From: a virus
Virus record (IMG/VR): IMGVR_UViG_3300022699_000224
Location: 25,486-89,485 of that record
Direction: 5' to 3' (one strand)
DNA: 64,000 bases
The number at the start of each line of letters is the position of its first letter. The first letter of the stretch is position 1. The notes beneath the pieces are model-generated. The model saw only the letters and a list, made by a program, of their open reading frames with translations. It made no database searches and had not been told where the DNA came from. A program made the translations under genes and the position numbers. Below are positions 1-8,624 of the stretch, in pieces.

Positions 1-1
1 T

Positions 2-250
2 TTATATGCTAAAAAAAATAAATTAGGAAAACCTCAAAGAAAAATTATAACCGATTTTTATTTTGATGGAACTATTGATAATGCTAAATCGTTATTACAT
101 GCAGGAATTAAATATGACGTTATAGATTTTAGTGGAAAAACATATAAATTTGAAGATGTTAAAGCGGTTGGTAAAGTTAATTTTATTGAAGCAATGACTG
201 AAAAAGAATGGAAAAAAGTGGAAAAAGAAATATGGCGAAGAATAAAATAG
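2..250 (+). CDS. RecA/UvsX-like recombinase, C-terminal fragment (5' truncated by window)
   Basis: Frame 2 reads YAKKNKLGKPQRKIITDFYFDGTIDNAKSLLHAGIKYDVIDFSGKTYKFEDVKAVGKVNF. This parallels the RecA C-terminal region (KNK..P, G I.., G..Y.F...K..GK.N). Confidence 0.7.
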   Translation, partial: LYAKKNKLGKPQRKIITDFYFDGTIDNAKSLLHAGIKYDVIDFSGKTYKFEDVKAVGKVNFIEAMTEKEWKKVEKEIWRRIK

Positions 251-531
251 AAAGAAAATTAATTTGCGAATGCGGATATGTAGTTAATAATAAGAAAGAA
301 TATTTTAATCATTTAGAAAAATGCGGATTAAAACTAAATAGGAAATTAAAGGACAAAGAGGAAAAGAATAAAATGAGAATTACAATAGAATCGTTAGATA
401 ATAAAAGAAAAGCGATTATTGAAACTCATGAATATATAGATATTTATGAAATAGCAGAGGAGTTACGAGGTTTATTAATTGCTTGGGGTTATCATTCTAA
501 TACTGTTAAAGAAATATTACCAGAGGAATAA
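232..531 (+). CDS. hypothetical protein with CxC...HxxxC putative zinc site
   Basis: ATG at 232 overlaps the upstream gene; sequence CECG...HLEKC. Confidence 0.55.
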   Translation: MAKNKIERKLICECGYVVNNKKEYFNHLEKCGLKLNRKLKDKEEKNKMRITIESLDNKRKAIIETHEYIDIYEIAEELRGLLIAWGYHSNTVKEILPEE

Positions 532-532
532 T

Positions 533-1444
533 ATGCAATCTCTTCCAAAATATACAAAAATATTAACTCTTGGGTCAGCTTATACCCAAAATGCTTTAAA
601 AGGAGAAATTATTATACAAGAAAAAGTTGATGGTAGTCAATTTCGTTTTGGAATAAATAAGAATAAAGAATTAGTTATAGGAACTCATAGAACTATAGTA
701 ACTTGTCCAGAAGAAAATAAAATGTTTGCAAAAGGTATTAAATATGTGCAAAGCATTGAAAAAATTTTAAAATCATTTCCAGTAAATACATATTTTTTTG
801 GCGAATATTTAAAAACATCTAAACATAATATATTAGAATATGATAGAATTCCTAATAATCATATCATATTATTTGATATTTTCTCCAACAATAAATGGAT
901 AACAAAAAGACAAGAATTATTAAATTATGCTAATAAATTAAATTTAGAAATAGTGCCAGAATTATATAAAGGAATTATTAATTTAGAAAATTTAAAAAAG
1001 TTATTAAATACTTCAAGTTGTTTAGGAAAAGAATTAGTTGAGGGAATAGTAATTAAGAATTATAATCAAACTATATTATTAGGTGGTAAAGTATTTCCAT
1101 TATTTACTAAATATGTAAGAGATAAATTTAAAGAAAGACATAATACTCAATGGAAGAAACAATCTAAAAAGAATTCAATAGAAAAGTTTATTCATAGTTT
1201 TAATACTAAAGCTAGATGGAATAAAGCATTACAATACTTGAAAGAAAATAATCAATTAGAAAATAAACCTAGAGATATAGGAAAGCTAATTAAAAGAGTT
1301 AAAGATGATATTATAGAAGAAGAAACTGAAAATATTAAAGATTTTTTGTTTAAAAAATTCAGTTGTGATATTTTACGTAAATCTACTTATGGATTACCTG
1401 AATGGTATAAAAATAAGTTATTGGAAAATATAAAGGGAGAATAA
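533..1444 (+). CDS. ATP-dependent RNA ligase (Rnl2-like nucleotidyltransferase)
   Basis: Motifs I EKVDG, III FFGEY, IIIa LFDI, IV EGIVIK and V KYV. ATG at 533 directly follows the upstream stop. Confidence 0.8.
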   Translation: MQSLPKYTKILTLGSAYTQNALKGEIIIQEKVDGSQFRFGINKNKELVIGTHRTIVTCPEENKMFAKGIKYVQSIEKILKSFPVNTYFFGEYLKTSKHNILEYDRIPNNHIILFDIFSNNKWITKRQELLNYANKLNLEIVPELYKGIINLENLKKLLNTSSCLGKELVEGIVIKNYNQTILLGGKVFPLFTKYVRDKFKERHNTQWKKQSKKNSIEKFIHSFNTKARWNKALQYLKENNQLENKPRDIGKLIKRVKDDIIEEETENIKDFLFKKFSCDILRKSTYGLPEWYKNKLLENIKGE

Positions 1445-2167
1445 ATGTTAGGAATTATTATGTTATTAGGATTATTAATGTTGATTACGATAATTCATGA
1501 ATTAGGGCATTTAGTAGTTGCAAAACTTAGTGGAGTAAAAGTAGAAATATTTAGTATAGGATTTGGATTAAAATTATTTGGATTTAAAATAGGAGAAACT
1601 GAATATAGAATATCATTAATACCCTTTGGAGGATATTGCGAAATAAAAGAATATAGTAATTCTAATAAAGAAGAAAATAATACTTTATATAGTAAAAGAT
1701 ATTTAATAAAAGTAGCAATAGCATTAGCAGGGGTAATAGCTAATTTGCTAACTGCTTTTGGTATATTATTTATGGTATCTTATTTTATAAGTAAATCTTT
1801 TATTCTAGCTTTTGAATATAGTATAAATTTTATATATGATATTATATTAGTAACTATAATAAGTTTAAAATTATTATTTACAGGAAAACTTGTATTTAAA
1901 GGATATTTATTAAATACAGTTAATATAATAGGACAATATAATAATATTATATATTGGCTATTATTTTTTGTTATTTTCAGTATTACAGTAGCAATATTTA
2001 ATTTGATACCTTTTCCATCTTTGGATGGTTCATTGCCTTTTTTATCTAGTTTAGAAAAAATATTTGATAAGAAAAAAGCTATTAAAATAAATAATATTAT
2101 ATGTAAAATAGGATTTATTATTTTAATAATTTTAACTGTTCTATGCGTTATTATAGGAGTTTTATAA
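1445..2167 (+). CDS. site-2 protease (peptidase M50, RseP-like, no PDZ domain)
   Basis: HELGH zinc motif, FSIGFG, IPFGGY, AG..AN and FNLIPFPSLDG; several transmembrane segments. Confidence 0.9.
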   Translation: MLGIIMLLGLLMLITIIHELGHLVVAKLSGVKVEIFSIGFGLKLFGFKIGETEYRISLIPFGGYCEIKEYSNSNKEENNTLYSKRYLIKVAIALAGVIANLLTAFGILFMVSYFISKSFILAFEYSINFIYDIILVTIISLKLLFTGKLVFKGYLLNTVNIIGQYNNIIYWLLFFVIFSITVAIFNLIPFPSLDGSLPFLSSLEKIFDKKKAIKINNIICKIGFIILIILTVLCVIIGVL

Positions 2168-2433
2168 TGAGTAAAAGAAAGAATAAATATATAAGAAAGT
2201 TAAGAAAATTAAATAAGTCATGGCAATTATTAAATAGAGGTTTAAGTTTAATTAAAAAGGTTTTTCCTAAAGATAAAGATATAGATTATTATTATTGGAA
2301 GATTGATAAATTAAGTAATAAATTGGTTATTCTAATAAGAAATAAATTAGAAAGTAAATATGTGAACGAAGAATGGAAAAAAATGGTCAAGAGATTAACA
2401 GATAATAAAGGTGATAACAAATGGGAAGTATAA
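2167..2433 (+). CDS. hypothetical basic protein
   Basis: TAATG coupling to the upstream stop. Confidence 0.5.
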   Translation: MSKRKNKYIRKLRKLNKSWQLLNRGLSLIKKVFPKDKDIDYYYWKIDKLSNKLVILIRNKLESKYVNEEWKKMVKRLTDNKGDNKWEV

Positions 2434-2594
2434 GAGCATTTGAATGTCAAAAATGCGGAATATATATATCTTATAAACAAATAGGAACATTACAATATAA
2501 TAAAGTATATATAAAGAAATGTTCTAAGTGTAATTATATAAATAAAGTGATTTTGAATAAATATAATGATGATAAAAATAAGGAGAAATCATGA
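2421..2594 (+). CDS. small zinc-ribbon protein (57 aa; not in ORF track)
   Basis: MGSIRAFECQKCG...KKCSKCNY; AGGTG RBS upstream; ATGA overlap with the next gene. Confidence 0.6.
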   Translation: MGSIRAFECQKCGIYISYKQIGTLQYNKVYIKKCSKCNYINKVILNKYNDDKNKEKS

Positions 2595-3040
2595 GAGTAA
2601 GAGAATTAGAAAAATTATTTAAATCTGAAGATACTTTAGAAGAAGTATTAGATAAATGTAAAGAAGATTTTGAATTAATAGATTATAATGCTAATACAGT
2701 ATTAAAAATGAATTTATCATCTAATCCTGAAGAAGTTAAAAAAACATTAAATGAATTGTCAGGAGCTTCTATGAATTTAAGACCTATTTTGGCTATAGCC
2801 AAAACTATTAAAAAGAATAAAGAATTAGTTAAATATCATAATTTAAAGACTGATATAGTAAATAATGGAAAAAAATTTGTATCTGCTTCCGTAGAAAGAG
2901 AGGCAAGTGCTTATGTTAAATCTTATAGAAGAGTTAGAAATATTATAGAAGCATATGTGGAAAGTGCTGATAAAGGTATAAGTTCTTTACAAAGTATATT
3001 AAAGGAATTAATTACTGAAAAAAATAGTGAAAAGGAATAA
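2591..3040 (+). CDS. coiled-coil protein, possibly UvsY-like recombination mediator
   Basis: AGGAG RBS; 149 aa helical protein near a RecA/UvsX-like gene. Function inferred from size and context only. Confidence 0.35.
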   Translation: MRVRELEKLFKSEDTLEEVLDKCKEDFELIDYNANTVLKMNLSSNPEEVKKTLNELSGASMNLRPILAIAKTIKKNKELVKYHNLKTDIVNNGKKFVSASVEREASAYVKSYRRVRNIIEAYVESADKGISSLQSILKELITEKNSEKE

Positions 3041-3059
3041 TAATTGATAGAGGTAACAA

Positions 3060-3461
3060 ATGGATAATTCTAATATTTTTAAAATTTGGGGAGAACGTAG
3101 AAGATTATTATTAACGGATAAATCTGAAATAGATTTATTATATTTAAAAAAAGATTGTTTTTGTTCTACACATAGACATGATAAAAAAATTAATAGATTT
3201 GTAGTTGTAGACGGAAGAGTAAAAATAGAAACTGAATTTGGTAGTAAAATACTATATAAAAATGATACATGGGAAGTTAATCCTAAAACTATACATAGAT
3301 TTATTGCTTTAAAAAATAGTATTATGATAGAATTGGCATACGTTAATAAAGGTAAAATAAATCCTAAAGATATTAAGAGATTTTATCAAGGTGGTAAAAT
3401 TATTAATAATGAATATATTAGTGAAAATGAACTTAGAAAAAAAGGATTATTAGAATTATGA
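3060..3461 (+). CDS. cupin-fold protein (sugar isomerase-like)
   Basis: K.WG N-terminus, S.H.H..K..RF.V..G and a downstream IHRF motif. Confidence 0.75.
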   Translation: MDNSNIFKIWGERRRLLLTDKSEIDLLYLKKDCFCSTHRHDKKINRFVVVDGRVKIETEFGSKILYKNDTWEVNPKTIHRFIALKNSIMIELAYVNKGKINPKDIKRFYQGGKIINNEYISENELRKKGLLEL

Positions 3462-3739
3462 AAACTTTAGCGTTATATGAGAATATTAAAAAATTCAAAC
3501 TTAATATTACATCTGCGGATTTACAGTCATTTAATACTTGTGAAAAGTTAGCTGATTATATTTATAATAAAGTAATAGATAAAGAAAATATAGATGATAT
3601 TTTAAATCGTGTTATTATAAAACAAATTAAAATTGAACCTAATCAAGATAAAATGAGTTCTATTTATATAATATATTATTTATTAGAAGAGATACTAGAT
3701 GCTAAAGAGTGTTATGAACGATTAAAAATAGGATTATAA
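3458..3739 (+). CDS. hypothetical protein
   Basis: ATGA overlap; 93 aa. Confidence 0.55.
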   Translation: MKTLALYENIKKFKLNITSADLQSFNTCEKLADYIYNKVIDKENIDDILNRVIIKQIKIEPNQDKMSSIYIIYYLLEEILDAKECYERLKIGL

Positions 3740-3740
3740 T

Positions 3741-4229
3741 ATGGATTCTAGACATCTTATTATTTTAGTTGGAAATATAGGAACAGGTAAAACTACACTA
3801 GTTAAAAAATATCAAAAAAAGGGATATGTAGTTATTGCTAGAGACCAATTACGATATACTATAGGTAATGGAGAATATATTTTTAATCATAATTATGAAC
3901 CTATTATTTGGGATTCCGAATTATATATGTTTGAAAGATTTATAGAATTAGGCGTTGATGTTATAATTGATGAAGTAGGATTAAATAAAAAAATGAGAAA
4001 TAGATATATTTCTAAAGCAAAATATTACAATTATTTTATAACTGTTATAGTATTTCCAAAATTAACTATGAAAGAATCTGTTGATAGAAGATTAAATAAT
4101 CCACATGGACAACCTGATAGAAATTTATGGGAAAGAGTATGGAAAAATTTTGATGAAATATATGAAGAACCTACTAAAGATGAAGGTATTGATGAAATTA
4201 TAAGGTTAAAAAGGGAGGATGTTATATGA
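3741..4229 (+). CDS. P-loop kinase (AAA_33, polynucleotide kinase-like)
   Basis: Walker A GNIGTGKT, RDQLR, VIIDE, and C-terminal EEPTKDEG. Confidence 0.8.
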   Translation: MDSRHLIILVGNIGTGKTTLVKKYQKKGYVVIARDQLRYTIGNGEYIFNHNYEPIIWDSELYMFERFIELGVDVIIDEVGLNKKMRNRYISKAKYYNYFITVIVFPKLTMKESVDRRLNNPHGQPDRNLWERVWKNFDEIYEEPTKDEGIDEIIRLKREDVI

Positions 4230-4441
4230 GTATGCATAAATCTTTAAAAATTAAAAAGTTTAATAAAAAGAAAAAAAGAAATGTTAGAAAAAAACATGAA
4301 AGATTTTTAAAATATATGGAAAATGTGGGTAAAAAGAAAGCATATAAAAACGTATTTAATCTTCCTAAAGAGAAAGTTATTAAGTTTAAAGTTAAGAAAA
4401 AAGAAGAAAAAGATACAGAAGAAACTGATAATATTGTTTGA
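4226..4441 (+). CDS. small basic protein resembling the PVC-superphylum signature protein (TIGR04137-like)
   Basis: MSMHKSLK...RNVRKKHERF...VFNLPKEKVIKFKVKK follows the pattern MS.H.SL...RNVL.R.ER...V.GLPK; GGAGG RBS. Confidence 0.65.
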   Translation: MSMHKSLKIKKFNKKKKRNVRKKHERFLKYMENVGKKKAYKNVFNLPKEKVIKFKVKKKEEKDTEETDNIV

Positions 4442-4464
4442 TTTAATAAAAAAGGAATAGTTAT

Positions 4465-5124
4465 ATGTATTTAATAAAAAGAGTTTTAGAATGGAATAAA
4501 GATAATAATGGTTGGAGTATTTGTCCTAATGATAATTCTATTAAAATTAAAATAGGCGATGAAGTAAATGTTAGCCCACGTGCTGTAATAGATAAAGAAG
4601 CTATAATTGGAAACAGAGTTATAATTGGAGATGATACAGAAATAGGCGATACTACATATATAGATGATGATGTTGAAATTGGTAATAATGTTGATATTGG
4701 CTCTGATGTAATAATTAGCAGTCATACTAAAATTGGTAATCAAGTTATAATTGGTAGTATGACTCAAATGGGTTTTTATACTAAAATTGGCAATCAAGTT
4801 ACCATAGGCAAATGCACAGGATTAGGATTAGGAACTACTATAGGCGATGGAACTAAAATAAGCAGTGGGGTAAATCTATATGCAGGAATTGAAATTGGAG
4901 ATAATGCTAAGATTTTAAAAACTCCTTTACAAATTCAAGGTTCTAAAGATTTGGTTATATATGCTGAAGATTTAATTCAGATAGGTATGGATAGTAATAA
5001 TAGAATGAGTATAAAAGAATGGGAAGAAAAAGCAGATAATATATTAAAAAAATGTAATTATACTTCAAAACAGATAAAAGAATATAAACAATATTTAAAT
5101 TTTATAAAAGGATTTAATAAGTAA
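4465..5124 (+). CDS. left-handed beta-helix (hexapeptide repeat) protein
   Basis: Many [IV]G[DN]xxx hexapeptide repeats. Confidence 0.85.
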   Translation: MYLIKRVLEWNKDNNGWSICPNDNSIKIKIGDEVNVSPRAVIDKEAIIGNRVIIGDDTEIGDTTYIDDDVEIGNNVDIGSDVIISSHTKIGNQVIIGSMTQMGFYTKIGNQVTIGKCTGLGLGTTIGDGTKISSGVNLYAGIEIGDNAKILKTPLQIQGSKDLVIYAEDLIQIGMDSNNRMSIKEWEEKADNILKKCNYTSKQIKEYKQYLNFIKGFNK

Positions 5125-5140
5125 AATAGGAGGTATATTT

Positions 5141-5338
5141 ATGGGTGATGTTATTAGAGCAACTGCAATAAATTATTTAAACTTTTTTAAAAAAGCATAT
5201 AAGAAATATAAAGCAACTGATAAGGATACTCGTATGAAAACCGCTTTAAATAGGATAGAGAAATTTATTAAAAAACAACCTACAATAGAAAATTTTATGC
5301 GAGAAGAAATAAAGAAAATTAAAAATGAAATTAATTAA
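5141..5338 (+). CDS. hypothetical protein
   Basis: AGGAGG RBS; 65 aa. Confidence 0.55.
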   Translation: MGDVIRATAINYLNFFKKAYKKYKATDKDTRMKTALNRIEKFIKKQPTIENFMREEIKKIKNEIN

Positions 5339-8300
5339 TATACATAGTAATGGAAGAACTATATATTTATTTTGGAGAGATAACGAAAATAAATTACATG
5401 TAAAACGTAAAAAAGATTTTTTTCCTTATTATTATGAAATATCTCCAAATGAAGAAGGGAAATATAAAGGATATGATAATTCTCCATTGAAAAAAATATA
5501 TGTATCTAAACCAAACGAAGTCAGAAAATTAAGAAGCTCTAACGCATATGAGGCAGATATAATATTTACTAAACGATTCTTAATAGATAAAATAGATAAA
5601 ATAGAGCCTTGTCCTATAAAAATTGCTTATATAGATATAGAAGTTAAAGCTCCTGAATTTCCTAATCCTGATAACGCACAATATCCAGTTTCATGTATTA
5701 GCGTCGGTAACTCTTTTAAAAAAGAAATTAAAACTTTTTGGATAAAAAATTTTGATACTGAATTTGATTTAATAGAAACATTTATAAAATATATGAGAAA
5801 AGAAAAGTATGACCTTTTTTGTAGTTGGCATGTAGATTTTGATTATAATTATTTATATAATCGTTATCCTGATTTTGCAAAAAAACTTAGTCCAATAAAT
5901 GAAACTAGATATGGTAACGATAAAGTCTTATATCCTGCTGGAATATCTATTATAGATTATTTAAGCTGGTTTAAAGCATTTACAAGAAATAAATATAGAG
6001 TATATAGTTTAGACGCAGTTGCTCAAAAAGATTTACAAGAAAAAACATGGGGTAATACTGATTTTGATTCTTTAAATGATGAAATTAAAAAAAAGAATAT
6101 TAATGATGTTAAAAGAATGATTAAATTGGAAAATAAATATAATATAGTTTCATTATTTGATGAAATTCGTAGATTTTCTAAAGTAGAATGGGAAGATTTA
6201 GGAACTTATAATTCTAGAGTTATAGATATGTTAGTATTACAAGAAGCAAAAAATCAAAAAATAGTTTTACCTATGAAACCAAGAGATAAGATAAAAGAAG
6301 AATTCGAAGGAGCATATAGAGATACTTATGAAACAGGTAGATTTTTTAATGTAGGCAAATATGATTTAAGCGGTGCTTATATGTATGCTATTATAGATTT
6401 AGCTTTAGATTCTGCTAATATTAAAGAAAATTCTAATAATAATACTATACCTGTTAATATTACAGATAGAAAAACTCATAAAATTTTGAATACGTATAAT
6501 GTAGAACAAAATAAAAACGGTATATTACCATTAGTAGCAAAAAAATTAATTGATGAAAAGAATAAATTAAAAAAAGAACGAGCTTTATTAGACCCTAATT
6601 CAGAAGAATATAAAATATTAGATAAACGATATGATGCTTTAAAGGTTATAGTGCTTAGTTGTTGGGGAGTTATAGGTAATCAGTATTTCAGATTATTTGA
6701 TTCTAGAGTAGCAGGGATGATTACTTCTGTAGTTAGAAGTCTTATTTGGTATGTAGATGATAAATTGAAAGAATTAGGATATAAAGTCTTATATGTTGAT
6801 ACAGATGGGTTAATAATAGATGATAAAGGGGAAACTATTACAGATTTATTAAATGATTTAATAACTAAATGGGCTAAAGAAAAATTTAATAAAAAGGTAT
6901 CTATAAGATTTGATTGTGAAGGACATTTTGAGAAATTATATATTGCTACTAAATGCAGATATAAAGGTTATTTAAAAACAGATACAGGTATTAAAGAAGA
7001 AACTAAAGGATTAGAAATTAAAAGAAAGGACTCAACTAAGTATATACAGAAATTTCAGGATAAATTGATTGATAAAATTTTAAATAAAGAATCAGAAGAA
7101 ATAGTTATTAAATGGATTAATAACAAAATTAATAATTTTAAAAATAATAAATTAACTGATATTGCATTTCCTTGTAAATTATCTAGGAAACCTAATGATT
7201 ATAAAAATATTCCTATATTTTTAAGAGCATTAAATAATACTGAAAATTTTAATAAAAAAGTAGGGGAATTATATTATTATATTTATGTTAAGCCTAATAA
7301 AGAGAGAAAACGTAAAACAATTATAAAAGTAAAAGAAAAAGAAAATATAATATTAAATAAAGATTTATCTAGAAAGGAAGGTATAGTATACGCAAGAAAA
7401 ACTTATGAGAATTCTAATTTGAAAACATCAGATATAAGTGTATTACATAAAAGAGAAAAAGCTAAAGATGTAGTAGCATTTGATAAAGATAACTATGACC
7501 ATATAAATAAAGAAGATATTGATTGGAAAAAAATGATTGATAGAAATATAATGATGAAAATAGATTCTATATTTAAATCTATGAAATGGGATATAAAAAA
7601 ATTAAATTTTGCGGAGGAAGTGTCGAAAGAGACACATCGAAATACCATTTCGAAAAGTAAGGTGCAAGTCCTTAACTCCGCTCCAAAATCTAATAATAAA
7701 AAATATCCTAATGATTATCCAATAGAAAAAGGTAAAACTTTATCTAAAGAAGAATTAAAAAAATTAAATTTAAAGTGTAAACCAAAAATAAAAAATAGAG
7801 ATAAAATAGAAGAATTTTTAAAAATAAATAATAATAAACAAATAAAAGCATTAAAAAATAATTTTAATCCTGAACCTTATATAGAAGAATATAATTTAGA
7901 TTTTCAATGGGTTAGTTTCATTAATACTATTAGTTCTACTATGTTTAAAAATAGACCTGGAAGAAGTATTAAATTATTAGTAAAAGATAAAAATTATGAT
8001 TTTATATATGGAATTATTTCTTTAAGTAGTCCTATGATTAATAAAAAAATTAATAAATACTTTAAAGATAATAATAAAATGCCTAAAGTAGATTTTAATT
8101 TTATAAATAGACATATTATAGATATAAATGTATGTGTAGGAACAGGAATATTAACTAAATATTTAACAGGTAAATTGTTAACATATATTGCATTATCCGA
8201 AGAAATTAAAAATATGTGGGATAAAAAATATAATACTGATATAAAATATATAATGACTACTTCTATTTATGGAAAATCATCTATTTATAATAGAATTAAA

Positions 8301-8624
8301 TCATTTAAATTTTTAGGATTATCTGAAGGTTGGAATGTAACTTTTACTCAAAAACAAATAGATTGGTTAAAAAAAGAACATAAAAAACTATATCCTCATC
8401 ATAAACTTTCAATTTCAGGAAAATCGTCTCATTTGTTCCGTAGATGGAATCAAGTTTGGAGAAAATACCATGATAAAATGCCATTTTTTCCTTATAAATT
8501 AAGAAGAGGAACTTATTTATTTGATATTAATAAAACTCCTTTTTTAAGTATAAAAGATAATATAAAATATTGGAAAAAAAGATGGTATTATCCTAGAAAG
8601 GAAAGATTAAAGAATGAAAAATAA
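5325..8624 (+). CDS. family B DNA polymerase fused to a C-terminal DUF4338/DruA-like (Mom/GNAT-related) domain
   Basis: Exo DIE and FD motifs, FEGA, motif A YDLSGAY, motif B KVIVLSCWG, motif C YVDTDG, KCRY and KGLEIKRKD (aa 1-760). The C-terminal part contains PGRSIKLLVKD..GIISLSSP, GKLL, WDKKY, TTSIYGKSSIYNR and LGLSEG. Confidence 0.9.
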   Translation: MKLINIHSNGRTIYLFWRDNENKLHVKRKKDFFPYYYEISPNEEGKYKGYDNSPLKKIYVSKPNEVRKLRSSNAYEADIIFTKRFLIDKIDKIEPCPIKIAYIDIEVKAPEFPNPDNAQYPVSCISVGNSFKKEIKTFWIKNFDTEFDLIETFIKYMRKEKYDLFCSWHVDFDYNYLYNRYPDFAKKLSPINETRYGNDKVLYPAGISIIDYLSWFKAFTRNKYRVYSLDAVAQKDLQEKTWGNTDFDSLNDEIKKKNINDVKRMIKLENKYNIVSLFDEIRRFSKVEWEDLGTYNSRVIDMLVLQEAKNQKIVLPMKPRDKIKEEFEGAYRDTYETGRFFNVGKYDLSGAYMYAIIDLALDSANIKENSNNNTIPVNITDRKTHKILNTYNVEQNKNGILPLVAKKLIDEKNKLKKERALLDPNSEEYKILDKRYDALKVIVLSCWGVIGNQYFRLFDSRVAGMITSVVRSLIWYVDDKLKELGYKVLYVDTDGLIIDDKGETITDLLNDLITKWAKEKFNKKVSIRFDCEGHFEKLYIATKCRYKGYLKTDTGIKEETKGLEIKRKDSTKYIQKFQDKLIDKILNKESEEIVIKWINNKINNFKNNKLTDIAFPCKLSRKPNDYKNIPIFLRALNNTENFNKKVGELYYYIYVKPNKERKRKTIIKVKEKENIILNKDLSRKEGIVYARKTYENSNLKTSDISVLHKREKAKDVVAFDKDNYDHINKEDIDWKKMIDRNIMMKIDSIFKSMKWDIKKLNFAEEVSKETHRNTISKSKVQVLNSAPKSNNKKYPNDYPIEKGKTLSKEELKKLNLKCKPKIKNRDKIEEFLKINNNKQIKALKNNFNPEPYIEEYNLDFQWVSFINTISSTMFKNRPGRSIKLLVKDKNYDFIYGIISLSSPMINKKINKYFKDNNKMPKVDFNFINRHIIDINVCVGTGILTKYLTGKLLTYIALSEEIKNMWDKKYNTDIKYIMTTSIYGKSSIYNRIKSFKFLGLSEGWNVTFTQKQIDWLKKEHKKLYPHHKLSISGKSSHLFRRWNQVWRKYHDKMPFFPYKLRRGTYLFDINKTPFLSIKDNIKYWKKRWYYPRKERLKNEK
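7611..7685 (+). tRNA. non-canonical tRNA-Gly(ACC)-like element embedded in frame in the polymerase ORF
   Basis: 75-nt cloverleaf: acceptor GCGGAG/CTCCGC, then U73 and CCA; D stem GTGTC/GACAC; anticodon stem TCGAA/TTCGA with loop ATACCAT; T stem TAAGG/CCTTA with loop TGCAAGT. Confidence 0.8.

Noticed and set aside
7611-7685. tRNA as an integration (att) remnant or ordinary decoding tRNA
   Set aside because: The cloverleaf is complete rather than a 3' fragment, there is no integrase or duplicate copy in the window, and its D and T loops are non-canonical for translation.
7900-8624. Druantia anti-phage system (DruA-like domain)
   Set aside because: No DruE helicase or other Dru genes are present. 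The domain is fused to a phage polymerase, so a defence-system call is unsupported.
7600-8624. Intein or intron explaining the extra length of PolB
   Set aside because: No Cys/Ser...His-Asn splice motifs. All polymerase motifs are contiguous and the extra sequence is purely C-terminal.
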